Numbered from the stretch's first letter, positions 1 to 10,051 are shown. The stretch is DNA of 26,298 nucleotides from an uncultured archaeon (GCA_964458565.1 CAYWJO010000046.1:1-26298), one strand, 5' to 3'. The notes: generated by a model not told the origin, from the letters alone. Program-made: numbers and translations.

Positions 1-2
1 CT

Positions 3-107
3 CATACTGGCAAGGACATATGGATTGACGACTACTATGTCAGAAAATATGTGGAGACTGAACCAGGGCATGGTGGTTGGGGTGGTGTGGAGGTCCTGTA
101 TGCATGA
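3..107 (+). CDS. C-terminal fragment of a DUF2341-type surface protein (5' truncated by window edge)
   Basis: Manual translation HTGKDIWIDDYYVRKYVETEPGHGGWGGVEVLYA* (TGA 105-107). The D..VRKY...EP....WG..E tail resembles archaeal DUF2341-containing proteins. Confidence 0.55.
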   Translation, partial: HTGKDIWIDDYYVRKYVETEPGHGGWGGVEVLYA

Positions 108-183
108 GGTCGATATGTTTAATTCAACACAAGAGAGATTATGTATATTCAGTGATGTGTGTACTAATGCTGGAGGGCATTGA

Positions 184-1824
184 ATGAAACAACAAGAGAT
201 AGAAACATGGCTTATCCTTGGGTTAGTTCTGACAGTGGGTTGTCTGCTGCTACCAAGTTTAGTGAATGGTTCTGCGGACGAGATTCAGTTCTTGTCTGAC
301 GGAGAACTTGCTTCAGACACAATAGAGCTCGGATTCTCCACCTATCTCGGAGGAACTGACTCCGATGAGATATACGCAATAGCAATCGATGATAATGATG
401 ACATCTATCTTGCGGGATGGACAGAGTCCAGCGATTTTCCCACCACTGAGGGTGCCTATGACAGGTCGCATAATGGTGGGGTCTCATGGGACTCAAGTGA
501 CTGTTTTGTGATGAAGCTGAGCAATGATGGACAGGAGATCATCTACTCCACCTTCCTTGGAGGTTCCGACCATGGAGAGTATGTGACAGGTATAGCGGTT
601 GATGAGGAGGGGAATGTCTACATTACAGGTCGTACATCCAGTGATGATTTTCCAACAACAGAAGGTGCGTATGACCGTACATATAATGTAGGTGAGTCTG
701 ACTGTTTTGTAACAAAAATCTCACCGGATGGGAGCGAGCTGCTTTTCTCCACGTATGTTGGGGGTTCAGAGTATGAGAATCCCTCTGGTATAGTGCTGGG
801 AGGAAATGGAGATTGCTATGTTATTGGAAACACATATTCTCCTGATTTTCCAGTGGATACCCCCAATGAACAGGATTCCTGTCACACACTTGGGGGAGAT
901 CAGGATGGATTTGTGTTTAGGTTAAGTGATAATGGAGATAGTCTTGATTATTCCATGTATCTTGGAGGAGATGGAGTAAGGGACGATATTTTTGATGCAG
1001 CGATAGACTCCGAAGATAATATTGTACTTGTCGGTTTCACGTGGTCCTCAGACTTTCCTATAGTGAATGCTTATGATGATGAGTTGTCCGGGGACACTGA
1101 GGGAGTCATAGTCAAAGTACATTCAAATGGATCGTTTATTTTCTCCACATTCTTTGGGGGATCAGATGCAGATGTTGTATATTCTGTGGATATTCATAAT
1201 GATATATATATCACAGGAGGTACTAGTGGCGATGATTTCCCTATTGTAGGTGTTAATAATCCCTTCCTTAGCGGGTCCTTTGGTATTTTTCTTTCAATTC
1301 TCAATAAACAAGGAACTGCATTAAAATACTCAGGAATCATGAAGGACTCTAAACAAGAAGGTGTGAGTACTCGTGTTGGTTCTATAATAGTTGTTTCAGA
1401 GAATGAGATTTGGTTGGGTGGTACTACCAGAAATGAGCAGTTTCCTGTCTCAGAGAACGCACTTGATACGACTATGTCTAAACAAAAGGGATTTCTGACT
1501 ATGATAGACCCTATCAGGAACACTCTAAACTACTCCTCCTTCTTTGGTGGGAGCAATTGGGATACTATGTCTAGTTTTGAGGTTGACTCGTCGAATAATT
1601 TTGTTTCATGTGGTTATACAGACTCTACCGATATTCCAGTGAAGAATGCCATCGAGCCAATAAAAATCAGTTCGGAGAATTATTATGATGGATTTGTCTT
1701 TAGTCTTACTCTCCCCTCAAATACTACGCACCCAGAGCTGTTACCACCACTTGCACTTCTTGCAGTAGGAATTGGAGTAATCACTCTAATTGTCATTGTT
1801 ATAGGCGTCAAGAGGTTAAGATAA
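184..1824 (+). CDS. Membrane-anchored SBBP-repeat (beta-propeller) surface protein
   Basis: N-terminal hydrophobic signal, repeated (F/Y)ST(Y/F)LGG..D...IA.D..G.VY..G.T.S.DFP blades, C-terminal TM helix followed by KRLR. Confidence 0.85.
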   Translation: MKQQEIETWLILGLVLTVGCLLLPSLVNGSADEIQFLSDGELASDTIELGFSTYLGGTDSDEIYAIAIDDNDDIYLAGWTESSDFPTTEGAYDRSHNGGVSWDSSDCFVMKLSNDGQEIIYSTFLGGSDHGEYVTGIAVDEEGNVYITGRTSSDDFPTTEGAYDRTYNVGESDCFVTKISPDGSELLFSTYVGGSEYENPSGIVLGGNGDCYVIGNTYSPDFPVDTPNEQDSCHTLGGDQDGFVFRLSDNGDSLDYSMYLGGDGVRDDIFDAAIDSEDNIVLVGFTWSSDFPIVNAYDDELSGDTEGVIVKVHSNGSFIFSTFFGGSDADVVYSVDIHNDIYITGGTSGDDFPIVGVNNPFLSGSFGIFLSILNKQGTALKYSGIMKDSKQEGVSTRVGSIIVVSENEIWLGGTTRNEQFPVSENALDTTMSKQKGFLTMIDPIRNTLNYSSFFGGSNWDTMSSFEVDSSNNFVSCGYTDSTDIPVKNAIEPIKISSENYYDGFVFSLTLPSNTTHPELLPPLALLAVGIGVITLIVIVIGVKRLR

Positions 1825-2056
1825 TTTCTAGAACTAGACTGTAAGAAACCGTTCGAATCCTATCTTACTGTCTGTCAACTTCTAGCCCAAGTGGGAAGTG
1901 TACACTGAAATAAGAACGAAGAATTCTGAAAATAAATCAAGCACCCTTATTCTACAGACCCTCAAATCCACAATTGGGACACTGATATTCCTCTATGAAA
2001 TGTTATGAGTTCTATGTTAGTGGAAATATTGTTAGAATCTGATGTAAATTGATATA

Positions 2057-2323
2057 TTACATTCTAGAAACTGTTTCCACCTCTACTTGAGCAACGCCCT
2101 CTAGTTGAGTTATGGCTTCCTCAATATCATCTGTACCACCCATCGATTCTTCACGTGCAACATTCATTCTAAGGGCTTTCAGGCCAAATGCTACTGGAAC
2201 AATCTCGTTGGCTCTGACGTCAGTTCCTTCAGGTACTGCTGTTTTGATGCGCTCAAGTAGGTCATCTAAATCAACATCGACATCCTCTGGCATGATCTTT
2301 AAAGTAATGATTACTCTAGCCAC
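2057..2323 (-). CDS. ef1b: Archaeal elongation factor 1-beta
   Basis: KIMPED.DVDLD and PVAFGLKAL motifs, 88 aa; GTG start. Confidence 0.95.
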   Translation of the reverse strand: MARVIITLKIMPEDVDVDLDDLLERIKTAVPEGTDVRANEIVPVAFGLKALRMNVAREESMGGTDDIEEAITQLEGVAQVEVETVSRM

Positions 2324-2339
2324 GATTTATCCCCCTAAT

Positions 2340-2516
2340 CTATGGGCCATCAAAGCCACAGTTTGGACACTGGTATCTGTTAGAGAATCTTCTGCATGAT
2401 TCACATCTCCAGATAATGAATTCTCCACAGGATGGGCACTGAAACTTTACACTATCTTCTTTTGGTGAGATAGAACAGTGACACGATGTGCATCTGATAG
2501 CTCTCATATTCGACAA
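2340..2516 (-). CDS. Small zinc-finger protein (DUF1610 / HVO_2753-like), absent from the ORF track
   Basis: Manual translation (M)[57 protein letters not shown]: four CxxC pairs and a CPxCGFxGP end. GGTGA at 2521-2525 precedes TTG 2516 (alternative ATG 2507). Typical position upstream of ef1b. Confidence 0.92.
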   Translation of the reverse strand: MSNMRAIRCTSCHCSISPKEDSVKFQCPSCGEFIIWRCESCRRFSNRYQCPNCGFDGP

Positions 2517-2570
2517 AATATCACCAGATGGTTTGTTGTTTACTGGGTTTTGGCACTCATCTTTAGTATT

Positions 2571-2579
2571 ATTATAAAT
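2571..2579 (-). promoter_or_regulatory. Putative TATA box (TTTATAAT) for the zinc-finger/ef1b operon
   Basis: TTTATA on the minus strand about 55 nt upstream of the zinc-finger start, in the divergent intergenic region. Confidence 0.4.
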
Positions 2580-2678
2580 GTGTCGAAGGGGCGCAGAAAC
2601 TGCCTATTAGAAAGCTCGTAGTATACAAGTGTAATCCATATATGAGCTATCCAACTTCTTTAATCATGGTGTGTTCCA

Positions 2679-3713
2679 ATGGGCACAAAGCTCTCTGAAA
2701 TAATGAATGCTGAGACAATCACACTCAGTGACCTCTCGGATCGTAAACTCGCAGTAGATGCATTCAACACGCTATATCAATTCTTATCGATTATCAGACA
2801 GCCAGATGGAACACCTCTCAAAGATAGGCAGGGTCGGATTACAAGCCATCTCTCAGGGCTTTTCTATAGAAATCTCAATCTATTGGAGGTTGGAATTCGT
2901 CCAGTCTATGTCTTTGATGGCATTTCTCCAAAACTAAAAACTCCCGAAAAGGAACGCAGGAAAGAAATTCGGGAGGCTGCACGAAAAGAATGGGCACGAG
3001 CTAAAGAAGAAGGGAGAATCGAAGATGCTCGGAAAGCCGCACAAGCAAGCTCCAGACTAACAAGTGAAATGGTTGAGGAGAGTAAAGAGCTTCTAAGTGC
3101 ACTTGGTATCCCAGTGATACAGGCGCCCTCCGAAGGTGAGGCATTGGCTGCTCAAATGTCTCGAGAGAAAATTGTCTGGGCTAGTGCAAGCCAGGATAAT
3201 GACTCATTGTTGTATAATTGTCCTCGAATGGTTCGAAATCTATCAATATCTGGACGCCGTAGAGCTGGGCGCTCAAAGACGTACAAGACCATTCATCCTG
3301 AAATAGTCGATCTGGATTTAAATCTCAAACTTCTCAAGATAACTAGAACCCAATTAGTGGATATTGCAATATTAGTCGGAACCGACTATAATGATGGCAT
3401 ATCAGGTATTGGTCCAAAGACAGCCCTAAAACTAGTGAAAGAATACGGAACTTTAGAGACGATTCAGAGTGAGAAAGGCATCGATTTAGTTATGCCCTAT
3501 GATGAGATTCGTGATATATTCCTCAATCCCCCAGATGTAAAGATAGATGAACCAGTCTGGACAGAACCTAACCATGATGTGCTTCTAGAAATCTTATGCA
3601 ATGAACACGCCTTTAGCCAAGATAGGGTCGAACGTTCTTTGCAGCGACTTGATGAATCTATTAGGAAGATGCATGAAGAAGCAAAGCAAAGCTCACTAGA
3701 TGACTTCTTTTAA
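2679..3713 (+). CDS. fen: Flap endonuclease 1
   Basis: DAFNTLYQFLSIIRQPDGTPL, APSEGEA, SQDND, GTDYN..GIGPKTA motifs; C-terminal PIP box QSSLDDFF. Confidence 0.97.
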   Translation: MGTKLSEIMNAETITLSDLSDRKLAVDAFNTLYQFLSIIRQPDGTPLKDRQGRITSHLSGLFYRNLNLLEVGIRPVYVFDGISPKLKTPEKERRKEIREAARKEWARAKEEGRIEDARKAAQASSRLTSEMVEESKELLSALGIPVIQAPSEGEALAAQMSREKIVWASASQDNDSLLYNCPRMVRNLSISGRRRAGRSKTYKTIHPEIVDLDLNLKLLKITRTQLVDIAILVGTDYNDGISGIGPKTALKLVKEYGTLETIQSEKGIDLVMPYDEIRDIFLNPPDVKIDEPVWTEPNHDVLLEILCNEHAFSQDRVERSLQRLDESIRKMHEEAKQSSLDDFF

Positions 3714-3817
3714 AAAAGGAAATCCAACATCTACAACAAAGCACAAATAAAGCGCATCATATGTGATAATATGCCAAGTAGTATAGTATACCCAATATTG
3801 GTATTGAGAAAACTAAG

Positions 3818-4531
3818 GTGACTACATTGACATTTCGAGAGCGAATGACCGCAATCAGAGCATCAGTATCTGATATTGTTAATGGCAAATTCGGAGAGGA
3901 TAGCGGACCATATGTCATCTCTCCATACGGAGTTGAATTAAGAAGAATCGCTCTTGTGGGATATATTACAGATCAAAGATCAGGTCAAGGGTCACAAGGA
4001 AAATATGCGTACATTACAATTGATGATGGTTCTGGGGCAATTAAAGCATGGGCTTGGGATATCCATGTTGAGTCACTTGAGAAAATAGAAAAGAATATCC
4101 TCGCTTTGATTATTGGAAAACTCAAGTCTTTCAAGGATGATGTCTATGTTGCACCAGAAATAATTCGCAAACTAGATGATCCAAATTTCATGACATTTCA
4201 CATGATGGAACGATATCGTACACTGCTTACTATGGCTGGTTCAGCTGATTTCGATTTCACTCCTCCAAGTGAGGATATACTCCAAGAAACCCTAGAGAAT
4301 GCATCAAAAACCAAGGTATCTGTTCAACCAACGGGAAAGCTTGGAAAACTGATATACGACTACATTCAGGAAAATCTAGGACCTGACGGAATCAAGATAG
4401 ATGAGATTGTTGCGCACTTTCTCCCGATGGGATATCAAAAAACCGCTGTAAACCTTGAAGTCTTAGACTTACAGGAACAGGGTCTCTTACAAGAGATAAA
4501 AGTAGGCCACTATACTCTAGGTGATGGATAA
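3818..4531 (+). CDS. RPA32/RPA2-like ssDNA-binding protein (OB fold + linker + winged helix)
   Basis: OB fold with IDDGSG.I and GKLK.F, then an acidic linker and a C-terminal wHTH-like segment (IYDYIQE...GIKIDEI...LQEQGLLQEIKVGHY). Confidence 0.7.
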   Translation: MTTLTFRERMTAIRASVSDIVNGKFGEDSGPYVISPYGVELRRIALVGYITDQRSGQGSQGKYAYITIDDGSGAIKAWAWDIHVESLEKIEKNILALIIGKLKSFKDDVYVAPEIIRKLDDPNFMTFHMMERYRTLLTMAGSADFDFTPPSEDILQETLENASKTKVSVQPTGKLGKLIYDYIQENLGPDGIKIDEIVAHFLPMGYQKTAVNLEVLDLQEQGLLQEIKVGHYTLGDG

Positions 4532-4568
4532 TACTAAAACATAAGCTTCAAAAAAGAAAGATTGACGA

Positions 4569-4991
4569 GTGATGAATATGGACGATTACAAGGGCCTCTT
4601 AGAAAGAGGAAGATCACAGATTCCTGAAGATGCATTCAAAAAATCTGGAGAGCGATTTCAAGTACCTCCAGTACAGGTGATAGTGCAAGGAAACAGAACA
4701 TTATGGCAGAACTTCCAAGAAATAATTACTATTCTCAATCGTCCCGGTAAGGAAGTTCTCAAGTATATGGCAGGTCAACTAGCCACAGCAGGTATAATTG
4801 AAGGAAGCAATGCCATTTTCAACGGTACTTTTGTTGAAGAAACAGTCAATGATGTTCTCTTGAGGTATATTGATGCGTATGTGATTTGTCCTGTATGTAC
4901 ACGTCCTGACACTAGTATGATAAAGGACAAAAACGTCTACTACTTATCTTGTTCAGCATGTGGTGCTAGAACCGCCGTCCGTCCGGTATGA
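4569..4991 (+). CDS. eif2b: Translation initiation factor 2 beta subunit
   Basis: ERF..P, GNRT...NF and YVICPVC..PDT...CSACGA zinc ribbon; start may be ATG 4572 or 4578. Confidence 0.95.
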   Translation: MMNMDDYKGLLERGRSQIPEDAFKKSGERFQVPPVQVIVQGNRTLWQNFQEIITILNRPGKEVLKYMAGQLATAGIIEGSNAIFNGTFVEETVNDVLLRYIDAYVICPVCTRPDTSMIKDKNVYYLSCSACGARTAVRPV

Positions 4992-5041
4992 CCTTTACAT
5001 GCTGATTTCGGATAGTTCATATTGATTAACGAGAAGTAGGA

Positions 5042-5362
5042 TTGAAAAACATGACGAAATCCAAGACATTGTTCTATCTAAAGATACATCCTAGAATGGA
5101 GCATTATCTAGTTGCAATATGTGATGAATCCCTTCTTGGTAGGACGCTTGAAGAGGGAGATATCAAATTCAACATATCTGAGGATTTCTATGGCGGCGAT
5201 TTGGTGGATCTCACAACTTACTTGGAACATCTGAAACAAGCTACAATTGTGAACATGATTGGTAAGAACACAGTCACCGCAGCTATCGATGCAGGTTTTG
5301 TAAATAAGAATGCAGTACTCTACATCGAAGGGCAACCACATGCCCAATGGGTCAAGCTCTAG
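5042..5362 (+). CDS. DUF424 family protein
   Basis: VAICD..LLG, FYGG, ATIVNMIG, PHAQ motifs; usual neighbour of aIF-2beta and NMD3. Confidence 0.88.
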   Translation: MKNMTKSKTLFYLKIHPRMEHYLVAICDESLLGRTLEEGDIKFNISEDFYGGDLVDLTTYLEHLKQATIVNMIGKNTVTAAIDAGFVNKNAVLYIEGQPHAQWVKL

Positions 5363-5367
5363 TTCTT

Positions 5368-5742
5368 CTAGTGGTGTTGACCCCCACCACAGGTTTGATC
5401 AATGTCCATGATTGTACTATTTCCTGATAGATAATTCTCGATTACTTCTCTTACAGTGTTTCCTGATGAAATAACAACCTTGATTCCCATATTCTGCGAG
5501 TGCATCAATGGACGTCTTCCCATCCCTCTTGCTATCAATACAGAAACCCCCTTCTCAGCCAACATCTGAACCGGTTCCGCACAGCTCGAATGTGAGGAAT
5601 TTGATATGACCTTAACATCTTCGACTTTCCCATCTATTATTGAAGCAATAACAAACCCTGGACTATGCCCGAAGTGCGCACTGATAGGACTGTTAAGGCC
5701 CTCATTATGTTCGACTGGTACTGCAATTGTTAATGTATTCAT
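5368..5742 (-). CDS. NifB/NifX-family (FeMo-cofactor biosynthesis-like) protein
   Basis: IAVP...ISAHFGHSP.F, GMG.R, C-terminal C-GGGQHH. The track's GTG at 5751 lies inside the AGGTGA SD, so ATG 5742 is preferred. Confidence 0.85.
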   Translation of the reverse strand: MNTLTIAVPVEHNEGLNSPISAHFGHSPGFVIASIIDGKVEDVKVISNSSHSSCAEPVQMLAEKGVSVLIARGMGRRPLMHSQNMGIKVVISSGNTVREVIENYLSGNSTIMDIDQTCGGGQHH

Positions 5743-5887
5743 AAATCTCACCTATGCAAAGATAGCATATCATTCACGACTAATTGCAAAAACATTACGC
5801 CATAAGCATTGCGTTTGGTCAAGAAATACTCACTGACCAATCAACCACGTTTTAAGGGAAAAATGTGTTTACCATCGTGAATAGATT

Positions 5888-6961
5888 ATGGTTGCTCCGT
5901 GTTATCTCTGTGGTGTACCCTCTGTACTCGAGGGGCTCTGTAGTGATTGTTTTGCAAAAGAACACCCATTAGTAAGTACCCCGTCTACGATAAACCTTCT
6001 TTCATGCAAACGTTGTGGTGCTGTGAAAGTTCCAGGGGGCTGGAAGGCTATAGCCGGAGTTGAACCCAATACAGATGAAATGTTAGAACACCAACTGGAA
6101 ATCGCCCTCGGACTTGAGGTGAGTACACTCATTGGCAAACCAGAAATGCAGATTGAAATCACAAAGCGATTAGATCGTGTCCTAGTAACAACGCTTTTTG
6201 TAACTGGCCAATCCGATCCTTCATTAGAACCGCATGAGGAGCAATATCCATTAGAAATTCGTATTGAATATGGGACCTGTGACAGCTGCGGAATGATGAG
6301 TGGTGGTTATCACGAAGCCATTCTTCAAGTACGTGCAGATAGTCGCTCACTATCTGAAGAAGAGTTGATGCAGATTCAGGAGATTGTTGCGACGAGGACT
6401 TTTGACGAATACGGAAAGGACAGCAAGGCATTTGTGACTAACATCTCTGAAACGAAATTCGGTCTTGATTTTATGATTGGTTCTGAACATCTATGCAAAC
6501 AGATTGCAGACGAACTTCAGAGTCAATATCTTGCTGACCGCAAAGAGAATTTCAAACTCATTGGCCAACATAAGGGCGGAAAAGATAAGTTTCGAACAAC
6601 AATACTGATACGACTGCAAAGATATACCCTCGGAGATTTCATCAGAGTATCAGGACAGCCCTGTCAGGTGCGTGGTATTGGAAAAGGGGGTGTTTCCTGT
6701 GCAGGTCTTTTGGATGGTAGTGCTTTCAATGTGAATCCAAAGAGTGCCAAGTGGAGAACAATTGAATTTCTAGCTGAAAAAGATGAAGCGCGAGAATATA
6801 TGGTGATCTCTAGGAATCCCTCCGAATCAGTACAGTTGATGGATTCAAAAACCTTTGAGATACATGAAATAGAAGATAATCTTTTTCCACCAGAAATCGA
6901 AAACGGACAAAAAATACAAGCTGTCACCATCGATGAAACCCTCTACCCGATTCTTTCTTAA
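5888..6961 (+). CDS. nmd3: 60S ribosomal export protein NMD3 homologue
   Basis: Four CxxC pairs, GYHEAILQVR, GKDKFRTTILIRL, and a C-terminal eIF5A-like region (VQLMDSKTFE). Confidence 0.92.
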   Translation: MVAPCYLCGVPSVLEGLCSDCFAKEHPLVSTPSTINLLSCKRCGAVKVPGGWKAIAGVEPNTDEMLEHQLEIALGLEVSTLIGKPEMQIEITKRLDRVLVTTLFVTGQSDPSLEPHEEQYPLEIRIEYGTCDSCGMMSGGYHEAILQVRADSRSLSEEELMQIQEIVATRTFDEYGKDSKAFVTNISETKFGLDFMIGSEHLCKQIADELQSQYLADRKENFKLIGQHKGGKDKFRTTILIRLQRYTLGDFIRVSGQPCQVRGIGKGGVSCAGLLDGSAFNVNPKSAKWRTIEFLAEKDEAREYMVISRNPSESVQLMDSKTFEIHEIEDNLFPPEIENGQKIQAVTIDETLYPILS

Positions 6962-7058
6962 TGGTGTTCTATGTTGCTCTGTCGGTACTCTTAAAAGCTC
7001 AAATCATAACATCCGAGTTATATCGTGGACCATCGGTCCAGATTCTTGGAGGATTATT

Positions 7059-7376
7059 TTGTCTAGAAAAAGTCCAACCCCACCACAAGGAGAGCCAGTT
7101 CGAGTTCGTGTTCCAAATCGCGATGATGGCGAACTATTTGGCATCATCATTCAGATGCTCGGTTATGATAGAGTGAGAGTAAGGTGCGAAGATGGTAATA
7201 TGAGGATTGGCAGAATTCCTGGGCGGATGAAGAAGCGAGTCTGGATGCGTGTTGGAGATACTGTCTTGGTCGTCCCTTGGGAATTTCAGAGTGATGAAAA
7301 AGCAGATGTCATCTGGAGATATCGAGGAAACGAGATTGAATGGCTCAAAAAGCGTGGCATTTTGAAAATGTTCTAA
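7059..7376 (+). CDS. eif1a: Translation initiation factor 1A
   Basis: RVRC.DG..R.GRIPGRMKKRVW...GD.V.V.PW..Q..KADV.WRY. GGAGGA at 7048-7053 precedes in-frame TTG 7059; the 6933 start overlaps nmd3 and is unlikely. Confidence 0.95.
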   Translation: MSRKSPTPPQGEPVRVRVPNRDDGELFGIIIQMLGYDRVRVRCEDGNMRIGRIPGRMKKRVWMRVGDTVLVVPWEFQSDEKADVIWRYRGNEIEWLKKRGILKMF

Positions 7377-7434
7377 AATTACAAGGGTTTTTCTTGTTAT
7401 ATTATTACATCTGATTAAGAGGTCATTTTCCTCC

Positions 7435-8259
7435 TTGGAGAGACTAATTGTCGTGAAGAGAGCAGAAATCAAACGAAAGCGGATTGAAGATGAGCTCGAT
7501 CGCCGTAAAATGAAGCGTCGAAAGGACGACAATGAATTCAAGGTGGTTGAGGGTGTAATTGATTCATCAACGCTCAAGGCTCTATACAAACTACTCAATC
7601 GTGGCACAATCAATGTGTTGCATGGCGCCATTAGCACAGGGAAAGAAGCAAATGTCTATCGTGGTGAGGATTCGGATGGACTTCCCATAGCTGTTAAAAT
7701 TTATCGCGTGAGTACAGCAGAAGCTGACTATATGCTGGAATACATTACCGGAGATCCACGATTCAAACGTATAAGACGGCAAATTCGTTCTCTAATCCCT
7801 CTATGGGCTTTGAAGGAATTCAAGAATCTTAAACGATATCATGAATCAGGAATAAGAGTACCCTGTCCAATAGATATTGAACGTAATGTACTAGTGATGG
7901 AATTCATTGGGAATCTAGAAACAGGATTACCTGCACCTCTGTTACGAAATATTAACATTCCATCACCAGTTGATACATTCGATGAGATTATTGAAATGAT
8001 GGAAATCGGGTATAAATCAGCAGGATTGGTTCATGCTGATTTAAGTGAATATAACATTCTCTGGGATGATGGAACACCTGTTTTCATAGATGTTTCCCAA
8101 GCTGTTGTAAAGACTCATGATAATGCTGCAAAATATCTCTATCGTGACATTCAAAACATAGTGAATTTCTTTAGTCGATTGGATGTAGAATCCGAGGACC
8201 CCAAAGTGATTACAAACCATATATTGGAATCTGGTGAGGAAACAGATGCAAATGCGTGA
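7435..8259 (+). CDS. rio1: RIO1-family Ser/Thr kinase
   Basis: STGKEANVY, AVKIYR, W..KEF.NL, LVHADLSEYNIL, IDVSQAV; start may be GTG 7453. Confidence 0.95.
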   Translation: MERLIVVKRAEIKRKRIEDELDRRKMKRRKDDNEFKVVEGVIDSSTLKALYKLLNRGTINVLHGAISTGKEANVYRGEDSDGLPIAVKIYRVSTAEADYMLEYITGDPRFKRIRRQIRSLIPLWALKEFKNLKRYHESGIRVPCPIDIERNVLVMEFIGNLETGLPAPLLRNINIPSPVDTFDEIIEMMEIGYKSAGLVHADLSEYNILWDDGTPVFIDVSQAVVKTHDNAAKYLYRDIQNIVNFFSRLDVESEDPKVITNHILESGEETDANA

Positions 8260-8809
8260 GATTTTACGTGTACCTGCAGATAGAGTAGGTGTGATTGTTG
8301 GACGTAATGGTAGAGTGAGAAAAAGAATCGAAAAGCTCACTAATACACAATTAGAAATCACTAGTGAGGGCGTAGTAACAATCATCAGCAGTGAACAAGC
8401 AGATGATCCCGTATTGGTCTGGAAGGCGCGTGATATTGTACGTGCTATGGGTCGTGGCTTTAGCCCAAAACGCGCTCTTGATTTGATAGAGGAAGACGCA
8501 AGATTAATTGTAATCTCTCTTCGAGAGATTGTTGGTTCCTCTCCTACCCAGATAAAACGCGTCGCAGGTAGAATAATTGGAGAGAATGGACGAACGCGAA
8601 GAGTGATTGAAGAAATCACAGGTTCTAAAATATCAATATACGGAAAGACGGTGTCTATTATTGGAATTGACCCCGGATTGGATCATGCTCAACGTGCTAT
8701 CTTAATGATTATTGAGGGTGCTCCACACAGTGCAGTATATTCCCATCTAGAACGAATGAGGCGCCAGATGAAACGCGACAGTACAGAACTCTGGGAAGCC
8801 ACTGATTAG
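8246..8809 (+). CDS. KH-domain pre-rRNA processing protein Dim2/Pno1
   Basis: Two KH GxxG loops (VGRNG, IGENG), GRGFSP, GAPHS.VY; SD GGTGAGG before ATG 8246; conserved position after rio1. Confidence 0.92.
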   Translation: MQMREILRVPADRVGVIVGRNGRVRKRIEKLTNTQLEITSEGVVTIISSEQADDPVLVWKARDIVRAMGRGFSPKRALDLIEEDARLIVISLREIVGSSPTQIKRVAGRIIGENGRTRRVIEEITGSKISIYGKTVSIIGIDPGLDHAQRAILMIIEGAPHSAVYSHLERMRRQMKRDSTELWEATD

Positions 8810-8831
8810 ATACATTTCTCCAACCCATTTA

Positions 8832-9863
8832 CTAGAACATCCCAACACCAAAAGGGTATACAAGGAGGAGGAAAATCACGCCTCCAAATGCAATTATTGC
8901 TTGGAGTAGTAGAAGCATTTGTACATTCCTCTTCTCCGTTATTTTAAAGAAGTGTGGGAATACCCAGTACATTGTGTATGGACCTAAGACTTCTAATGTT
9001 CCATCTTCTTTTACCTGCGCAAACTTAGCGTATTGAATTCCTAGACGTTTTACTTGATATTTGTATATCAAATACATCAAGAAGTTAATTCCAAACGGAA
9101 GGTAAAGCACAATCGCAAGACGATCCATATTTCCTAGTATTAGAGCAGCTGCAATTGCCGCTCCCATGGGCAGGCGTCCAACATCACCAGGTAGTACTTT
9201 TGCAGGATATCTATTGAACAAAAAGAATGCTATAGTACTTCCTAGTAGCGCTGCTCCTACAGTAGCAGCATCAAGTTCATTTTGAGATAATCCGCCGTTT
9301 AAAATGGGTAATAATAGAATATAGATGATGATTGCGGAGGCATTTATACTCGTTAACCCCGCTTCTAGTCCATTCATACCACCGTACATATTGGTGGAAT
9401 CGATTATGAATGTCATCATTAATGGGATAATCACAAGTGGGTAGATTATCCCAAGATTTAGAGTACCAATAAATGGAATGTCCATTGTGGTGGTTCCGAC
9501 ATTCATTGCCATCATTGGTATTGACGCAACAATGGGTAGCAGTACCTTGGTTCGATTCTTAAAATCAAGCATATCATCGAGGAGTCCTATCATTCCAGCC
9601 ATCAGGACGGATACAAGTGCTGCTAGAAGGTTTGGATTAGCCACTCCTTCAAACTCGAATGTGCTTATTCCTATGACAAGGAGTAAGGATGCGACAATAG
9701 CAAAGAGTACAATATATCCTCCACCCTTGGGTACTTCAGGTCTATCCAGTTTGTGAACGTCAATACCGGTTCTCCCCCTCTCCCGCAACAGATTGATAGT
9801 ATTAGGAAGAGCGAAGATTACAATCAGAAACGAAACCAGTAAAGATATGAGTAGACCGTACAC
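8832..9863 (-). CDS. UDP-GlcNAc:dolichol-phosphate GlcNAc-1-P transferase (AglH/ALG7/DPAGT1 type, MraY/GT4 family)
   Basis: Polytopic membrane protein with DVHK...VP..GG, GLLDD, N..GG.NGLEAG and FNRYPAKVLPGD.G motifs. Confidence 0.88.
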   Translation of the reverse strand: MYGLLISLLVSFLIVIFALPNTINLLRERGRTGIDVHKLDRPEVPKGGGYIVLFAIVASLLLVIGISTFEFEGVANPNLLAALVSVLMAGMIGLLDDMLDFKNRTKVLLPIVASIPMMAMNVGTTTMDIPFIGTLNLGIIYPLVIIPLMMTFIIDSTNMYGGMNGLEAGLTSINASAIIIYILLLPILNGGLSQNELDAATVGAALLGSTIAFFLFNRYPAKVLPGDVGRLPMGAAIAAALILGNMDRLAIVLYLPFGINFLMYLIYKYQVKRLGIQYAKFAQVKEDGTLEVLGPYTMYWVFPHFFKITEKRNVQMLLLLQAIIAFGGVIFLLLVYPFGVGMF

Positions 9864-10051
9864 TTGTATCAGTTCCTTATTGTGAGAATTTTCAAACCTC
9901 TTTTACACTTTTCGGGGTAAGACCCTTTAGGTGCAACATTTGTACGTCCGAAACCAATAAAAAGCGAACTCGAAGTTGAACCGCAATGCTTGCAGCTCAA
10001 TTAGACATGATACTATAACTGTGAGCACTCGACAGACAATGGTGAAATGGA

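Noticed and set aside
5368-5742. Nitrogen fixation inferred from the NifB/NifX-like gene
   Set aside because: The family is widespread in non-diazotrophs, and no nif genes are present in the window.
6933-7058. N-terminal extension of aIF-1A in the ORF track
   Set aside because: It overlaps nmd3, and an SD-supported TTG exists at 7059.
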